A DNA stretch of 56,416 nucleotides from a virus (IMGVR_UViG_3300021440_000005:1-56416), one strand, 5' to 3'; positions 10,613-21,067 are shown, counted from the stretch's first letter. Notes: generated by a model from the letters alone, not told the origin. Numbers and translations: made by a program.

Positions 10613-11896
10613 CTATACAGCAGAGCGTCTGTTGAAATAATTACGTGTATTGTTCATAGCATTATTGTAATACTGTGGATTCACAGACCCAAAACCATTT
10701 GCCATAGCTTGAAATGGCGACTGCCCACCCATATAATTTTGCATGGTGTTAAAGCCGCCTTGTGCCCCTAAACGGGCATATGGATTTGACAATTGATTAA
10801 TCCCACCTTGGGTTCCAGCCATCAAAGCTTGGGCGGGTGACGCATTGTTTCCATATGCTTGCATGCCTTGACCAACCGCTGCACCCATTGGTGTATTTCC
10901 GTAATTATTGTTAATAAAGTTACCAGCTGACGATGCAACGTTTCTGCCTGCGCCTTGCATAGGAGCATTATTATTAGATATGTTTCCGCTTACATGTCGC
11001 ATTAAATTTCCTATCGCGTCCGCACCCATATTAGATAGAGATGAAGCGGCATTACCTGCCAGCCCCGACATAGCAGCTCCAATTTCTGGTGCGCCCAAAG
11101 CCGTACCTAATCCCATTGCTGCATCCGATGCCATTCCTCCTATCATAGGAGAAAGTGAATGAATTCCGTGCTGTACTTGATTTGCTGCCGCATTAATGGC
11201 TGGTGAAAGATATGGTTTCACTCCGCCGGCTAAAGCAGAAATACCATGATTCATTAAAGAGGAAGGATCGAGACCACCATTTTGTAGTTGGGATGCCCCC
11301 ATTTGTCCTACTGAATTTACTGCATTTCCTACCGCGCCTCCAATTCCAGCACCCAAATCTCCCATACCAATCGAATTACCCAACTTGCCTATACCTTCTG
11401 AAATCGCGTTGCCAGCCATCGGCGCAAGTTTTGAAATTAATCCTCCAGCGGCAGGTGCAAGCGCACTACCTATCGACGAAACCGCCTTAGTAACCGGACT
11501 AAAAAGGTTACCGATCGACCCTAATAAATTTCCTAGGAAATACTCGCGTTTACCAGTATGAGGATTGACTGAGGGCTTTCCTTTATTAAGCATCATGTCA
11601 AAAAAATCTGCTAACTCTCTTGGCAAGACTGCTGCCTTAGAATCTCCAAATCGACCGCTATCTTCAATAAATTGAGCGATTCCTTCTTTTGAAGGTGATT
11701 CATGCGGTAATTGAGAAATTTTTTCCATAATTTCGGGTTGCATTAGCATCTGAAGTAAAGGAAGAAATGACGGTAGCCCTGTCGCCTCGTCTTTGTGTTC
11801 TCCATTTTGGAGAAAGTTAAGATCTTCAATTTCTTTGGGGGAAAAATGAGCAATGATAGTTTCATCATTGTCATCAAAATCATGAGAATTTGACAT
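10613..11896 (-). CDS. Putative internal virion (pilot-like) protein, Gly/Ala-rich
   Basis: GRFGDS and SVNPHTGKREYFLG motifs followed by a long G/A/S-rich region. Confidence 0.55.
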   Translation of the reverse strand: MSNSHDFDDNDETIIAHFSPKEIEDLNFLQNGEHKDEATGLPSFLPLLQMLMQPEIMEKISQLPHESPSKEGIAQFIEDSGRFGDSKAAVLPRELADFFDMMLNKGKPSVNPHTGKREYFLGNLLGSIGNLFSPVTKAVSSIGSALAPAAGGLISKLAPMAGNAISEGIGKLGNSIGMGDLGAGIGGAVGNAVNSVGQMGASQLQNGGLDPSSLMNHGISALAGGVKPYLSPAINAAANQVQHGIHSLSPMIGGMASDAAMGLGTALGAPEIGAAMSGLAGNAASSLSNMGADAIGNLMRHVSGNISNNNAPMQGAGRNVASSAGNFINNNYGNTPMGAAVGQGMQAYGNNASPAQALMAGTQGGINQLSNPYARLGAQGGFNTMQNYMGGQSPFQAMANGFGSVNPQYYNNAMNNTRNYFNRRSAV

Positions 11897-11950
11897 GTAA
11901 AACCTATTTATTTTTATTATTAGTTAGTGTTATTTTACATGTTTTTCGAA

Positions 11951-11973
11951 AGGGGGGCTACAAAAACCCCCTT
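11951..11973. terminator. Hairpin, probable intrinsic terminator
   Basis: aggggggctacaaaaaccccctt directly after the stop of 11977..12555. Confidence 0.5.
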
Positions 11974-11976
11974 GTA

Positions 11977-12555
11977 TTAATAGTAAGTACTTTGGGCAAA
12001 ACTTGTCATATCAGAATCTGCCTGTATTTGCATACGCATACCGAATTGGTTAGCCTCGGAGTTAAATCCTTTTTCAGTAGTTTTCATTGAATGAGCAATG
12101 ACCGGTGCGTGGATTCTATTTTCATATTCGCGTTGCGCGTCAGCGTCTTTTTCCATTAAGACTAAACCATTTCTCTTGATTAACTCATCGTCAGTATCAA
12201 ATTCATACATTTGTGACAAACCACGAGATGGTGATCGATTATCTTGAAAACGCATTTTCGTATCGTCACTAACCGTCGGTAATTCTTTATGGCGGCATTT
12301 GTGAACGTAGGACCATCCATTATCCTTGTGCCGCTCAATATTTTCATACATCACAGCTTGCCGCGATTCATTCCAATATTCGACATCCCCGTATTCCATA
12401 TTGTCCGGTTTATACTTCATATCAATGGGAGATTCCCAAAATTGGCTTGGTCGATGCTCGAAAGCTCCGATTCGTGATGAGTTTTTAGCTCTTAAATCTC
12501 TTTTAGCTGTAGATTTTAGATATCTTTCAATATCTTCTTGCGGAATATCATACAT
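11977..12555 (-). CDS. Conserved phage head-module hypothetical protein
   Basis: 192 aa directly after the scaffold-like gene; GW.YV and GLVLMEKD..AQREY motifs. Confidence 0.5.
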   Translation of the reverse strand: MYDIPQEDIERYLKSTAKRDLRAKNSSRIGAFEHRPSQFWESPIDMKYKPDNMEYGDVEYWNESRQAVMYENIERHKDNGWSYVHKCRHKELPTVSDDTKMRFQDNRSPSRGLSQMYEFDTDDELIKRNGLVLMEKDADAQREYENRIHAPVIAHSMKTTEKGFNSEANQFGMRMQIQADSDMTSFAQSTYY

Positions 12556-12572
12556 ATTTTATCTTTCTATTA

Positions 12573-13469
12573 TTATATTTTATAGATATTTGGACTTTCG
12601 TAGTTTTGCTTCTTTGCATTCAAAAATCTTTTGCGAATAAACTCTTTGTGTTTGTCGTTCAACGCATGGTTCATGAAACCTTCGAAAGTTTTTTGCTCTT
12701 CAGCAGACATGGTTAAGTTTTTTTGCTTGTGCCGCGATTGATAATTGTTTACTGGAGCCGAAAAACTATTTCTTCTTGTGTTATGTTCCATGGGCGAATC
12801 GCCTCCTTCTATTTCGGAATTGATCATATTTTCTAAATCTTCAAAATAAGCAGGAGAGAATTCTTCGTCACCGCGTCCCTGTCGTTTGTACTGCATCGAT
12901 AATTTTGAAGATAATTTCTGAGCTAAATTGTAGGCTCCTTGCGAAAAGTTAGGGTTTGTTTGATCGAAATGATTAATGAAAGGGTTTCGCTCTAAAAATT
13001 CTCTATAGTTTGCATCTGCTTCCGAATTAACATATTGAGCAGTTTGTTGCTCAGATACATAACGGTTCAACTCTTCTTTTTCCTTTTGGATTTGATACTT
13101 TTTCAACTTCAATTCCATCAGAGCATCTTCTGCCTCTGTTTTTGCCTTCAGGTCATTTTCAGCCTCAGCAGTCATCTTTGCAAATTTGATATTTGTATTT
13201 ACGAGCTCCAGCGTTGATTCATCTTTTTCCAGGGAAGCTTTTTTTAGCTCATTCAATAAACGTTTTTGCTCGTTCAATTCGTTGAGAAGTTGTATTTTCT
13301 CCTGTTCGAGTCGTGCCGATTTAGAAGGTCGACTTTTCCTAGATTCGTTTTTTTCTTGAGAATCTTCTTCTGCACTTTCAAACAAATTGTGTTTTGCATT
13401 ATCCTGTATTCCATCTCCGGACAATGTTTCGTTTAACGAGGTGTAGAAATCTATGTGTTCTTTTTCCAT
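12573..13469 (-). CDS. Capsid scaffolding-like protein
   Basis: Acidic N-terminus, coiled coil, FLERNPF motif, C-terminal LTMSAEEQK helix. Confidence 0.6.
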   Translation of the reverse strand: MEKEHIDFYTSLNETLSGDGIQDNAKHNLFESAEEDSQEKNESRKSRPSKSARLEQEKIQLLNELNEQKRLLNELKKASLEKDESTLELVNTNIKFAKMTAEAENDLKAKTEAEDALMELKLKKYQIQKEKEELNRYVSEQQTAQYVNSEADANYREFLERNPFINHFDQTNPNFSQGAYNLAQKLSSKLSMQYKRQGRGDEEFSPAYFEDLENMINSEIEGGDSPMEHNTRRNSFSAPVNNYQSRHKQKNLTMSAEEQKTFEGFMNHALNDKHKEFIRKRFLNAKKQNYESPNIYKI

Positions 13470-13480
13470 TTTTTTTATCC

Positions 13481-13948
13481 TTATGTATGTAAAAAGTCAG
13501 TCGGATCTTTAAAAAATCCTATAATATCCCTATCTTTGACAATAATTAAGCGGTGCGTCGAAGTATTTTTTTCTTGTGATCGAAGCAAATCATACACAAC
13601 AAAGTCCCCGTACGAAGCAGTCGCGCCACAACGAAAGTTTACTTTGTCAAAACACTCTTTGCCCATTTTTATTATTTTACCTGCATAAATCGTATCTTCT
13701 TTATATTTTTCTGGAGAGATAAAATCAGCATATTCATTGCGATTTAATTCAGCTAAAACAACTTCGTTAAAAGCAATTTCAAAATCTGAGTCGCAATATT
13801 CAGAAAATAATTTGTCAAGCTCCTCTTGAGATCTTTTTTTCCGGTTTTGATTTCGCCAATCAGTTTCATCAAAAAAGGGAAGAGGCTCTTCAATTCCGTT
13901 CTTACAAGATGAAGAAATTACAGGGAAATACTTAACGATTGATGCCAT
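13481..13948 (-). CDS. GroES-like co-chaperonin (paralogue 2)
   Basis: GKIIKMGKECF....F..G.....GDFVVY...LIIVKDRDIIG fits the Cpn10 fold. Confidence 0.7.
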   Translation of the reverse strand: MASIVKYFPVISSSCKNGIEEPLPFFDETDWRNQNRKKRSQEELDKLFSEYCDSDFEIAFNEVVLAELNRNEYADFISPEKYKEDTIYAGKIIKMGKECFDKVNFRCGATASYGDFVVYDLLRSQEKNTSTHRLIIVKDRDIIGFFKDPTDFLHT

Positions 13949-14487
13949 TAAGAATTCACCAATGAAAATGGATTTCCAACTAATCCCTTAATATTCACGT
14001 CCTGAACTAAACAGATTGGATTATTTTTCGTACGAATTCTTATAACATTCGAGCCATCAATCATGACGTAGTCCCCAATTGAAGCTTCTGCCCCCAGCGG
14101 GAAACGATCAGTTGAAAAACAGCCTAAACCTAGACGAATTATTTTGCCAATCGTCCAGTTTCTTGCTCCAGAAGAATCTGGGTCTTTAACATTAAGAATG
14201 CTTCCATCCCAACTTTTTACTACTGTTTGGTGTGTTGCTGAATATTCTTCCAAAACTACCCAAAACTGGGCAGGTTGGAAATACTCAGTACCGAAAGCTT
14301 CCCTCATCATCTCATTCTCTTCTTCAGTTGTGCGAAGAATACGATTTTTGTTTTGCCATGCATTCTCTTCATAAAATGGTAAAGGATGATAAACGCCTAA
14401 CTTGTGCTCTTTTTCGACTACAGGGTAGACAATATGGTTAGGTTTAGAGTCAAAAAACTCTTTAATTTTCTGAGTTCGATCCGTCAT
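13948..14487 (-). CDS. GroES-like co-chaperonin (paralogue 1)
   Basis: GKIIRLGLGCFSTDRFPLG...IGDYVM...LVQDVNIKG; shares PLPF.E..W.N.NR with its neighbour. Confidence 0.7.
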   Translation of the reverse strand: MTDRTQKIKEFFDSKPNHIVYPVVEKEHKLGVYHPLPFYEENAWQNKNRILRTTEEENEMMREAFGTEYFQPAQFWVVLEEYSATHQTVVKSWDGSILNVKDPDSSGARNWTIGKIIRLGLGCFSTDRFPLGAEASIGDYVMIDGSNVIRIRTKNNPICLVQDVNIKGLVGNPFSLVNS

Positions 14488-14749
14488 TTTCTATTGTGTC
14501 CTTATTGTTTTTTTTATTGGGTACAAAAAGCCTTGATCTGATGAAGTCTTCTAAGCCAGATTTCAAAAAGAAAATCTGACCGTATTTACCAGCAGGTTGT
14601 GAATGTATAAATTGATCTTTTTTTGCGCGTAAAGTGTGGACAGAGAAGCCAGTGTACTTTGCTGCCTCTTCGGCAGTTAGAAGAATTGGATTAAAATCGG
14701 ATTTATCAGATAAACCAACTTTTTTTTCCATCTCAGTTATATCAATCAT
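14462..14749 (-). CDS. Helix-turn-helix DNA-binding protein, excisionase-like (likely start 14749)
   Basis: LLTAEEAAKYTGFSVHTLR....GQIFFLKSGLEDFI pattern. Confidence 0.75.
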   Translation of the reverse strand: MIDITEMEKKVGLSDKSDFNPILLTAEEAAKYTGFSVHTLRAKKDQFIHSQPAGKYGQIFFLKSGLEDFIRSRLFVPNKKNNKDTIENDGSNSEN

Positions 14750-14809
14750 TTGAGACTCGAGGTTATTATTGTTATTATTGTCAGATAATAATAACAAAAA
14801 AAAATTAAA

Positions 14810-16984
14810 ATGTATCAAAAAAATGATCCCAGTTTAGAAAATCAAAATTTAGTCGATGTTTTGGACAAAGATTATGTGAATGAACTTGGTAGACAGTTAA
14901 AACGTAGGACTGATGACGAATATTCAGCACGTTCAAACTTCATGGAAATTATTCATTCTTCATTGTCGGCATTAGGCTTAACCCAATATCAAAAGGGGAG
15001 AGGCACTGACTCAGGACTTGAATCAGACATTGTCGACTCGACATTTCTGCAGACATGGATTCAAATTAAAAATGAATTTGCTGCAGAGTTACTTGCTCCG
15101 TTTAAGATTGCAAAAACCGACATAGCTCATCGCAATTTACTTAACGCATCGCCCAATGGGAATGAGATGATTTCTCAGTTGGACGTTTATGCTCAAATAG
15201 TTGAAGAAGATATTAACAATAAACTCAATTGCGAATGGTCAGATTGGTTATTTGAAATTAAAAAGGCAATAGGAGCAGCATTTTTAACTGGTTCATCTAT
15301 TAGTAAAGTCTACATGGATCCAGTAATAAACAGACCAGTTTTAAAGATGATTAGTCCTGAAAATATTTTAATTGGTGAACACGAAAGCTCGATAGAAAAA
15401 GCTCGCTGGATCGGTCACATTTATACTCTTACGGAAGAAGAGTTAGATATCTATCAAGCGAAAGGTGTTTTTGCGGCAGTAGATATTCCTCCCGATAATT
15501 CCTACAACGAGCAAAACACTATATCCATTTCTGAACTAGAAAATAGAATTTCAGGTATCGATAGTGCGGCAAAAGATAACGATACAATTAAAAATTATAC
15601 TTTTGTCGAGGTACAGTTTTGGGAATGTGCAGCCAACAACGACGACCCTGCTATATTCACTGGTTCTGAAGAAACGGATTTCACATATTATCCTTACACA
15701 GCACATATCCATAAAGAAACTGGGACTGTTATGGCGATAGATCATGCATGGGATTTAGTTGATGGAGAAATTGTTAAACGTCAAACAATGTTTAAGATGA
15801 CATTTCTTGAGGCTAATGATTTTTGGGGTATCGGTCTAGCCCAGACATGTATTGGACTCCACAAAACCGCAACAAATATCCTTAGAAATCTTACCGATTC
15901 GTTAGCAATTGCGAACTCTCAAACTCTTGTTATGTCGCAGAATTTAGCTCCTCAACAGTCAACTATAACCTTGAGGAATGGTGAAGTGAACTCAATTGCT
16001 TCGCCGAGTGCAGATATAAACGACGCTTTGATGAGGTTGCCTTTTGAACAACCTAGCCCAATGTATATGGATTTTTGGGGACAGTTAAAAGAATCGATAT
16101 CAAAGATGGCTGGGCTTTCATCGGTAACTTTGCAGAACCTTCCACCTAACATGCAGGGGAATTTCCTTTTAGCTTTAATGGATAAAGAAAGCAAACCAAT
16201 GTCTGTTGTTTTGCAAAATTTCCAGTTTGCTTTCAACCAAATGTTTAAATTATTGCACAAGTTGTTAAGAACTGAATGGGCAAATAAACCAATTGCTCCA
16301 AGAGTTTCACCTTTAACTTACGGTGAGGTTTATCACGAATCTATAAATATTATTTCTGCTCTTGATCCGTCAATGTCGAGTTCGGCTGCACAATTAGTCA
16401 GGATGCAAACATTGCTGGATTGTGCTCTTCAATCTCCGCAACTACATGATCTTTCGGCTGTTTATGAGCGTTTGTATAAAATTATGAAGATTGATAACTA
16501 TAAGCAATTATTGCTTCCGCCAGAGGTTCTTCAACAACAACAAGAGCAGGCAATGCAAGCGCAACAGCAAGAACTTGCTGCGCAACAGCAACAACAACAG
16601 GAACAAAACCAAATTCTTATGGCTGACATTGAGAATAAGAAGATGGCAAATGAACAGGAAATAAACCTAAAATTTGAAAAACTTATGTCTGATAATGAAT
16701 TGAACCGGTTGAAAATAATACTTGAGAAAGAAAAGAGCCTGAACAATTTTAGACTCCAGCTTTTAAAAGAAAAAGGTGCAGTCGTTAAACAGAAGAATGT
16801 TGAAATTGCTCAATTGGATAAAGCTAAGAGAGAATATCTAGTAGATAGTGCTGAAATGAAGGCAGCACATGGAATAAGTTTACCAAATATTCCTGAACCT
16901 AAATTAGAGAATTACGATATCGAAGACATGCCTTTGCATGTTGATGATAATAATACTGTTTCAGGCGAACCCAAATTGGGGTAA
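14810..16984 (+). CDS. Portal protein
   Basis: 724 aa; GSSISKVY.DP and DFWGIGLA motifs; C-terminal Q-rich barrel helix typical of P22-like portals. Confidence 0.8.
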   Translation: MYQKNDPSLENQNLVDVLDKDYVNELGRQLKRRTDDEYSARSNFMEIIHSSLSALGLTQYQKGRGTDSGLESDIVDSTFLQTWIQIKNEFAAELLAPFKIAKTDIAHRNLLNASPNGNEMISQLDVYAQIVEEDINNKLNCEWSDWLFEIKKAIGAAFLTGSSISKVYMDPVINRPVLKMISPENILIGEHESSIEKARWIGHIYTLTEEELDIYQAKGVFAAVDIPPDNSYNEQNTISISELENRISGIDSAAKDNDTIKNYTFVEVQFWECAANNDDPAIFTGSEETDFTYYPYTAHIHKETGTVMAIDHAWDLVDGEIVKRQTMFKMTFLEANDFWGIGLAQTCIGLHKTATNILRNLTDSLAIANSQTLVMSQNLAPQQSTITLRNGEVNSIASPSADINDALMRLPFEQPSPMYMDFWGQLKESISKMAGLSSVTLQNLPPNMQGNFLLALMDKESKPMSVVLQNFQFAFNQMFKLLHKLLRTEWANKPIAPRVSPLTYGEVYHESINIISALDPSMSSSAAQLVRMQTLLDCALQSPQLHDLSAVYERLYKIMKIDNYKQLLLPPEVLQQQQEQAMQAQQQELAAQQQQQQEQNQILMADIENKKMANEQEINLKFEKLMSDNELNRLKIILEKEKSLNNFRLQLLKEKGAVVKQKNVEIAQLDKAKREYLVDSAEMKAAHGISLPNIPEPKLENYDIEDMPLHVDDNNTVSGEPKLG

Positions 16985-17013
16985 AATAAAACAAATAATA
17001 ACAATAAAGGTTA

Positions 17014-17334
17014 ATGAAAATGTCTAACCACAACAAAGTAGAATTTGCAACCAAAGAAGGTATTACTTATGAAACTTCTTTGACTGATTTCGCAAATCGT
17101 CATAATCTCACCAATGACGAATTTTTACGCGGCAGCGGTCGCACCCATCGCGCAACTGGCGGCAATGTCGAAGCTACTGGAACTATGCCAAATTGGGCTC
17201 AAGGAGAACAACAACAAGGCGCAAATACGGGGGGTAAAATTCGTTTTGAATGGAAGGGTGGTTCCAACAACAAACGTATTATTCGGAAAGATGGCGGTAC
17301 AGTCATGAAGAAAATTTTAGGCTCACTTTATTAA
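17014..17334 (+). CDS. Hypothetical protein with repeated GG-x-(V/I) motifs
   Basis: 106 aa directly after portal; TGGNV, TGGKI, DGGTV. Confidence 0.55.
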   Translation: MKMSNHNKVEFATKEGITYETSLTDFANRHNLTNDEFLRGSGRTHRATGGNVEATGTMPNWAQGEQQQGANTGGKIRFEWKGGSNNKRIIRKDGGTVMKKILGSLY

Positions 17335-17345
17335 AAAAATGTGCA

Positions 17346-17374
17346 AGGGGGGGGTAAGAACACCTCCCCTTTTT
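17346..17374 (+). terminator. Intrinsic terminator
   Basis: G-run/C-run hairpin followed by a T-run. Confidence 0.55.
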
Positions 17375-17388
17375 AAAAGGTAGAAAAA

Positions 17389-18048
17389 ATGAGCAAAGAA
17401 ACGGTAAACGTTCCAGAAGTAATAAAAGCTAAAACCCAAATAATCTCTGATATCAATAAACTTGGAATTAAAAAAGACATCACGATAAGCTATAAAGAGC
17501 GATCATTCAAGGGCAGATCGACTGAAATTATCGTTAAAAGAGTTGCGGAATTAATCGCAAAATACCATCTTTCACTTTCAAACAATATTCGTGAATTCAA
17601 GGCTGAAAACAACCGTTATTTCATTATTATGGAATATACACTGACTTCATCTTTAGATAATTCCTCCACTATGGGGATTGGATTAGGAGTAGGTGAGAAC
17701 GCAAATCCAGATCGAGCAATTCAGAATGCTTGCACCTATGCCTTCAAACATTTTCTGACTCAAACATTTTTTATAGCTGAAGGTGGAGGTGAGGAAGAAG
17801 AGGAATTAGCAGAGCCAATAGATCCTGAAGAAGAAAAGAAAGAAAAGTTCAGAGCGGCGGCAGTGAGATTACGCGATGACATGAAATCACGATTTGATCA
17901 ATCGCCTAACGATGTCGATGCAAACACAGAAATATTTCAAAGGGAATATCTCCCGAAAATTAACAACGAAGCTTTTCCTCAAGAAATTCGGGCTCAATGT
18001 TTTGCGCTGGCAAGGGCTAGAAATATTGTCACGCACACTGTCATATGA
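17389..18048 (+). CDS. ERF-family single-strand annealing protein
   Basis: G.G.....DRAIQNACTYAFKHFLTQTFFI matches the ERF signature. Confidence 0.75.
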   Translation: MSKETVNVPEVIKAKTQIISDINKLGIKKDITISYKERSFKGRSTEIIVKRVAELIAKYHLSLSNNIREFKAENNRYFIIMEYTLTSSLDNSSTMGIGLGVGENANPDRAIQNACTYAFKHFLTQTFFIAEGGGEEEEELAEPIDPEEEKKEKFRAAAVRLRDDMKSRFDQSPNDVDANTEIFQREYLPKINNEAFPQEIRAQCFALARARNIVTHTVI

Positions 18049-18251
18049 GTGAAGTTAATTATAGAAAATATCTCAAGAGGAGAATTGATGAAGAAATTAA
18101 TTCTCTCCTTGAACTATTGGTGAAAGAAAAGAAACTTGAATCCATATATGAACTTCAGGGTAAGATAGTTGGCTTAAAGCTCACTTTAGTGTTTATGGCT
18201 GAAATTGAAGAACATTTTAGAAAAATGTTTGAGCCAAATTACGAATTGTAA
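18045..18251 (+). CDS. Small conserved phage protein
   Basis: 68 aa; Y.LQGKIVGL motif; overlaps the ERF stop. Confidence 0.6.
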   Translation: MSEVNYRKYLKRRIDEEINSLLELLVKEKKLESIYELQGKIVGLKLTLVFMAEIEEHFRKMFEPNYEL

Positions 18252-18490
18252 AGTTGGATGAAATAGATAGCCCATTCTCTCCAGGCTTCTTCGGTTTTAT
18301 AGACCTTTTTATCTGGGATAGGTGCATCCCTAAATTTTGGAAGTTGAATGAGAACTTCCACCCATCCCCACCAATTCTTAACTGGATAGGCTACTGGTAT
18401 ATTATCTTCTGGGAATGCTGCAATTAACAATGCAACCCAAGTTGAAAATTCAATGCCGAACGGAAGAGCTATAGTATTGGGAATTGCCAC
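18239..18490 (-). CDS. Hypothetical virion protein
   Basis: 83 aa, Trp-rich (WREWA); coupled to the upstream tail gene. Confidence 0.6.
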   Translation of the reverse strand: MAIPNTIALPFGIEFSTWVALLIAAFPEDNIPVAYPVKNWWGWVEVLIQLPKFRDAPIPDKKVYKTEEAWREWAIYFIQLYNS

Positions 18491-20028
18491 TAAGGTTTCA
18501 CTGCTCCAAGTTGATAATTTATTTGATTTACCCCCATTTGGAAAAAGCCATTTAAACAGTTGGAACTGAATTTAAAGGATATGTATCTTCCCTGGTCAGA
18601 TAACGAAAGTTGTGTATCAGATTCCAGGAAAACTTTACTTGAAGAAACAGAGGGTTGGGACTTTGGGTAATCATAATTTAGTATTTCAATATTGAGTGGT
18701 CCAGATTGGATTATATCTATTTCCATTTTTCGAATAATCATCTCAAGGTTTATCTGTGGATTTTGTTGAAATGCATCAAACAATTTTGTCTGAAAATAGG
18801 ATTCAATCGGATATGAAAAATTATCATTTACGACGTTATACCCAACTTCGTGTGCCCATACTGCATAGGTTTGCGAACCAGAGTAAATATTTTGGTTAGA
18901 ATCTGCCATTAAAGGATAATTTAATAGTTTCTTCTTCAGTCCACATGTTCTCGCCATTATGGTATCGTACCACAGGTTTTCGTCGAGCTTATAAATCACT
19001 GCATCAGAACATTCAGTTTTATTCCCTCGGGGGTAAAAGAACCAAATTTCTTGGAAATTACCTACGTATAATCCCCATACTTTTCCTTTGTAGTTTAAGT
19101 TTATATTATCAAAGAAATAGTTATGGTTAGTTGTATTTGGGATGGGATTTGCTACTCCATTGTATAAATAGAATTGGTCGTTACCGACCCAAACGAACCC
19201 GTTTTGATGAGTTTCGACAATACTGGAAGGAGAGAGAAGAGATATTTGTGGAGCTGCTTCGCCAGAAGTAAATCCTCCTCCAGTTGTGTTTGGCACAACA
19301 TTAAACAATGTATCTATTGACCAAACCAACAATCCACCACGGAATCTTCGCGCAGCAAGAAGCTTTGAATTTGATACGGGAATGGTGTAGCAGCCTGTTC
19401 CAGTCCATACTAATGGTGATTCACCGTTATTCGAATACATGACGCCGTTATTACCAAAAGTAAAAATATACGGCACTGAAACTACGATTCCGCCTGCCGT
19501 AGTTTGATTTGCAAAGATGAACCTATCAGTAGAATTTGATGGAGCAAAATATACATTTGCAACTGTTGTTTGGGAAGGATTCTCTGAGTTAGGAGGTGCT
19601 GCAAAAATAATGACTTCCGAAGTTTCCTGGGTATCTTCTGCAAAAATTGTATACGAATCAACGCTAAATGTTAGCGATGGTGATCCAGGAGTAGGTACAA
19701 CCCAGTCGATTGGAGTTCGATCAACTTCGTTTCCAATGGAACCATTCGGTAGAAAATCAACGTGTGACACGCCAGTATCTCTAAACAAAAAAACTCGCGT
19801 AAAATCATCAATTGCAACCTGGAACATTGCTCTAACGGGATATTGGTTACCAGTAATATATTTTTCGAATCCTCCCATTTTTCTTGGCTTGGAAGCGTAA
19901 AATCGACAGTGCTGCATATCTAAATATGTTTTTCCATCTAAAGGAGGTGTATCACGATTAGAACCTGGTTCAGTCTCAAAAGCTTGGTTGATATACCCAT
20001 ATTCAAGCGAATAAACGTCTGACATCAC
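18490..20028 (-). CDS. Tail nozzle / head-closure protein (P22 gp10-like)
   Basis: 512 aa beta-propeller-like; QFYLYNG and EIWFFYP....TECSDAVIY motifs. Confidence 0.7.
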   Translation of the reverse strand: MMSDVYSLEYGYINQAFETEPGSNRDTPPLDGKTYLDMQHCRFYASKPRKMGGFEKYITGNQYPVRAMFQVAIDDFTRVFLFRDTGVSHVDFLPNGSIGNEVDRTPIDWVVPTPGSPSLTFSVDSYTIFAEDTQETSEVIIFAAPPNSENPSQTTVANVYFAPSNSTDRFIFANQTTAGGIVVSVPYIFTFGNNGVMYSNNGESPLVWTGTGCYTIPVSNSKLLAARRFRGGLLVWSIDTLFNVVPNTTGGGFTSGEAAPQISLLSPSSIVETHQNGFVWVGNDQFYLYNGVANPIPNTTNHNYFFDNINLNYKGKVWGLYVGNFQEIWFFYPRGNKTECSDAVIYKLDENLWYDTIMARTCGLKKKLLNYPLMADSNQNIYSGSQTYAVWAHEVGYNVVNDNFSYPIESYFQTKLFDAFQQNPQINLEMIIRKMEIDIIQSGPLNIEILNYDYPKSQPSVSSSKVFLESDTQLSLSDQGRYISFKFSSNCLNGFFQMGVNQINYQLGAVKP

Positions 20029-21020
20029 ACACCTAACAAATCTTTTATGTACGGATACGGCTCTCCCGCTAGCTGAATGGAATTAACATTTCCAGTAACT
20101 GCGTTTACTCCATTACTATTGAATTCCAGTGTGTTAGTTCCATTAATAGACACTTCGATATTAGGTGAATTGAGAAAAAACCCTGTATTTGTTGCACTAG
20201 AGAAATAATACGGAGGTGAAATAGAACTGCCAGATATTACTTCTATACCTTGGGAAGTAATTGTTGCGCCAAGATTGGTATTATTAAACCCTAATCCTTC
20301 AGTAAACCAATTCGAGCCGTCGGTGTATATCATACATGATTGATTTTTAGAAATTGAGAGACTGGCTCCGTTATCAATTAAATTTGGACTTGTTGGAATT
20401 ATTGAAATTAAACCGTTATCGACATATGAAGTGTTTTTTATAAAGAAAAAGAATCCATCATAAAGCGAACTTATTGAAGGAAGAGCAATTGAAGAAGTTC
20501 CCCCTACCCAATTAATAATTTGTGAAAGGTAAGTTTCATCGAGAGTAAAAGTTGAAGATTTGGTCACTACAAGCATGTTCTGGTTTAGTTTTGAATCTAA
20601 AGCTTTTAGGCCTGCCCCAGCTAATTCGGAGGCATTCGCGGCCGAAGTAGTTGAGCCCATTTGAAGGGTTGTCCATATATTGTTATTCGTGAGCACAACC
20701 TGCCAAACCGTTCCAGGAGATAACGTTACAATTTCATTACCCTCAAAACTCTTTATTTTAATATTTGCATTGGACTTATTTGAAAAAGTCGCAGCATTTC
20801 CAGGTGCACCTAAATTTGTATCTGGCAGATTAATTATTCCTTGGAACGAACCAGTTTGAATGATTATGGTATATGCGGAGAAATAATTGGTCGAAGGAAC
20901 AAACGTTCCAGGAAATACCAATGTAGCTGATTGATTCGTTGTAGTCAGGTTTATAAGGTTGTAAAAAGAATACGCGGGGGTTACCCCGTTGTTTATCGGA
21001 GAATAAGGTAGAAATGCCAT
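20025..21020 (-). CDS. Tail fibre-like virion protein
   Basis: Repeated I.LP......G.....N and IYTDGSNWF modules; T/S/N-rich. Confidence 0.55.
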   Translation of the reverse strand: MAFLPYSPINNGVTPAYSFYNLINLTTTNQSATLVFPGTFVPSTNYFSAYTIIIQTGSFQGIINLPDTNLGAPGNAATFSNKSNANIKIKSFEGNEIVTLSPGTVWQVVLTNNNIWTTLQMGSTTSAANASELAGAGLKALDSKLNQNMLVVTKSSTFTLDETYLSQIINWVGGTSSIALPSISSLYDGFFFFIKNTSYVDNGLISIIPTSPNLIDNGASLSISKNQSCMIYTDGSNWFTEGLGFNNTNLGATITSQGIEVISGSSISPPYYFSSATNTGFFLNSPNIEVSINGTNTLEFNSNGVNAVTGNVNSIQLAGEPYPYIKDLLGV

Positions 21021-21067
21021 GTCTTTTTTCTTATTATTTTACTTAGTATAATAAGAAAAAAGACAAC

